From a virus (lineage: Duplodnaviria > Caudoviricetes): a stretch of 25,873 nt of DNA. The position numbers and the translations under genes are program-made. This document shows, piece by piece, positions 25,491 through 25,873 of this stretch. Positions within the stretch are counted from its first letter, which is position 1. The number at the start of each line of letters is the position of its first letter. The notes under the pieces are model-generated. The model was not told the DNA's origin. It did no database searches and saw nothing but the letters and a program-made list of their open reading frames with translations. The stretch covers positions 1 through 25,873 of the IMG/VR virus record IMGVR_UViG_3300006025_000047. One strand, 5' to 3'.

Positions 25491-25821
25491 GAAGAAAATC
25501 ATTATTACAAGTTTATTTCTCGTCCTTTTGTCTGGCTGCGCTTTTGCCCACCCAACAGTCAAAGTCCACAATCCACACTATGAATGTGAAGAATACTATG
25601 TAATAGGTTATTCTCCATACTACTATGTCTACTATGATTATGACCATCACTACCACAGCAGTTATCACTATGGTCACAAGCATCACTACAAAAAGAAAGG
25701 GCACAAGCACCACTACAAGAACAAGTTTGGGAAGAAGCATTACAAAAAGAAGTATGTAAAAAAGCACTACCCAAAGAAAACCGTCCAAAAGAAAAAGAAA
25801 AAATACTCCCACCACCACTAA
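25489..25821 (+). CDS. Putative His/Tyr/Lys-rich lipoprotein (110 aa)
   Basis: An SD GGAGG precedes it. The signal peptide MKKIIITSLFLVLLSGC has a canonical lipobox LSG-C, and the mature part is low-complexity with KHHYK/KKHYK repeats. Confidence 0.7.
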   Translation: MKKIIITSLFLVLLSGCAFAHPTVKVHNPHYECEEYYVIGYSPYYYVYYDYDHHYHSSYHYGHKHHYKKKGHKHHYKNKFGKKHYKKKYVKKHYPKKTVQKKKKKYSHHH

Positions 25822-25827
25822 AAGTTC

Positions 25828-25856
25828 TTGACTTCTCTCCAACATTTTGATACAGT
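25828..25856 (+). promoter_or_regulatory. Sigma70-type promoter for next gene (outside window)
   Basis: TTGACT (25828-25833), a 17-nt spacer and TACAGT (25851-25856) with an extended -10 TG. GGAG lies at the window edge. Confidence 0.6.
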
Positions 25857-25873
25857 AATCGCAATCATTGGAG

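Noticed and set aside
25513-25864. Val-rich minus-strand ORFs opposite the lipoprotein gene
   Set aside because: They are the antisense reading of CAC/TAC/AAG low-complexity codons. The + strand ORF has the SD and lipobox.
1-25873. Alternative genetic code (TAG or TGA recoding)
   Set aside because: Genes are full length and tightly packed in the standard code, and TAA, TAG and TGA all occur as true ends followed by new starts.
1-25873. tRNA or other structured RNA genes
   Set aside because: Intergenic gaps are under about 130 nt and are explained by terminators and promoters. No cloverleaf was seen.

Overview
This window is a segment of a large, T4-like (contractile-tailed) dsDNA bacteriophage genome. 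All credible genes are on the + strand in the standard code. Bases 1-21.5 kb are a virion module: a repeat-rich tail fibre with a C-terminal peptidase-S74-type chaperone (5' end cut off by the window), a prohead scaffold, a gp23-like major capsid protein, neck and tail-completion proteins, tail sheath, tail tube, a gp26-like chaperone pair, tape measure protein and baseplate genes. Bases 21.5-25.9 kb are a replication/recombination module: a very small family-A DNA polymerase overlapping a divergent tubulin/FtsZ-like gene, then a gp32-like SSB, RecA/UvsX and a His/Tyr/Lys-rich lipoprotein. Five observations stand out. (1) The PolA appears to lack the thumb and exonuclease domains and is coupled to a tubulin-like protein with a degenerate GTP signature. 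(2) A probable +1/-2 frameshift on a T7 run joins the two chaperone ORFs. (3) A recurrent intergenic ACTA(T/A)TTA(T/C) motif precedes structural genes, whereas sigma70-type promoters precede the replication genes and the chaperone gene. (4) A 17-position hairpin starting right after the recA stop codon covers the lipoprotein's Shine-Dalgarno and part of its start codon. (5) An unknown protein after the baseplate hub carries three evenly spaced HxH motifs. All protein calls come from motif recognition and gene order; no database searches were run.
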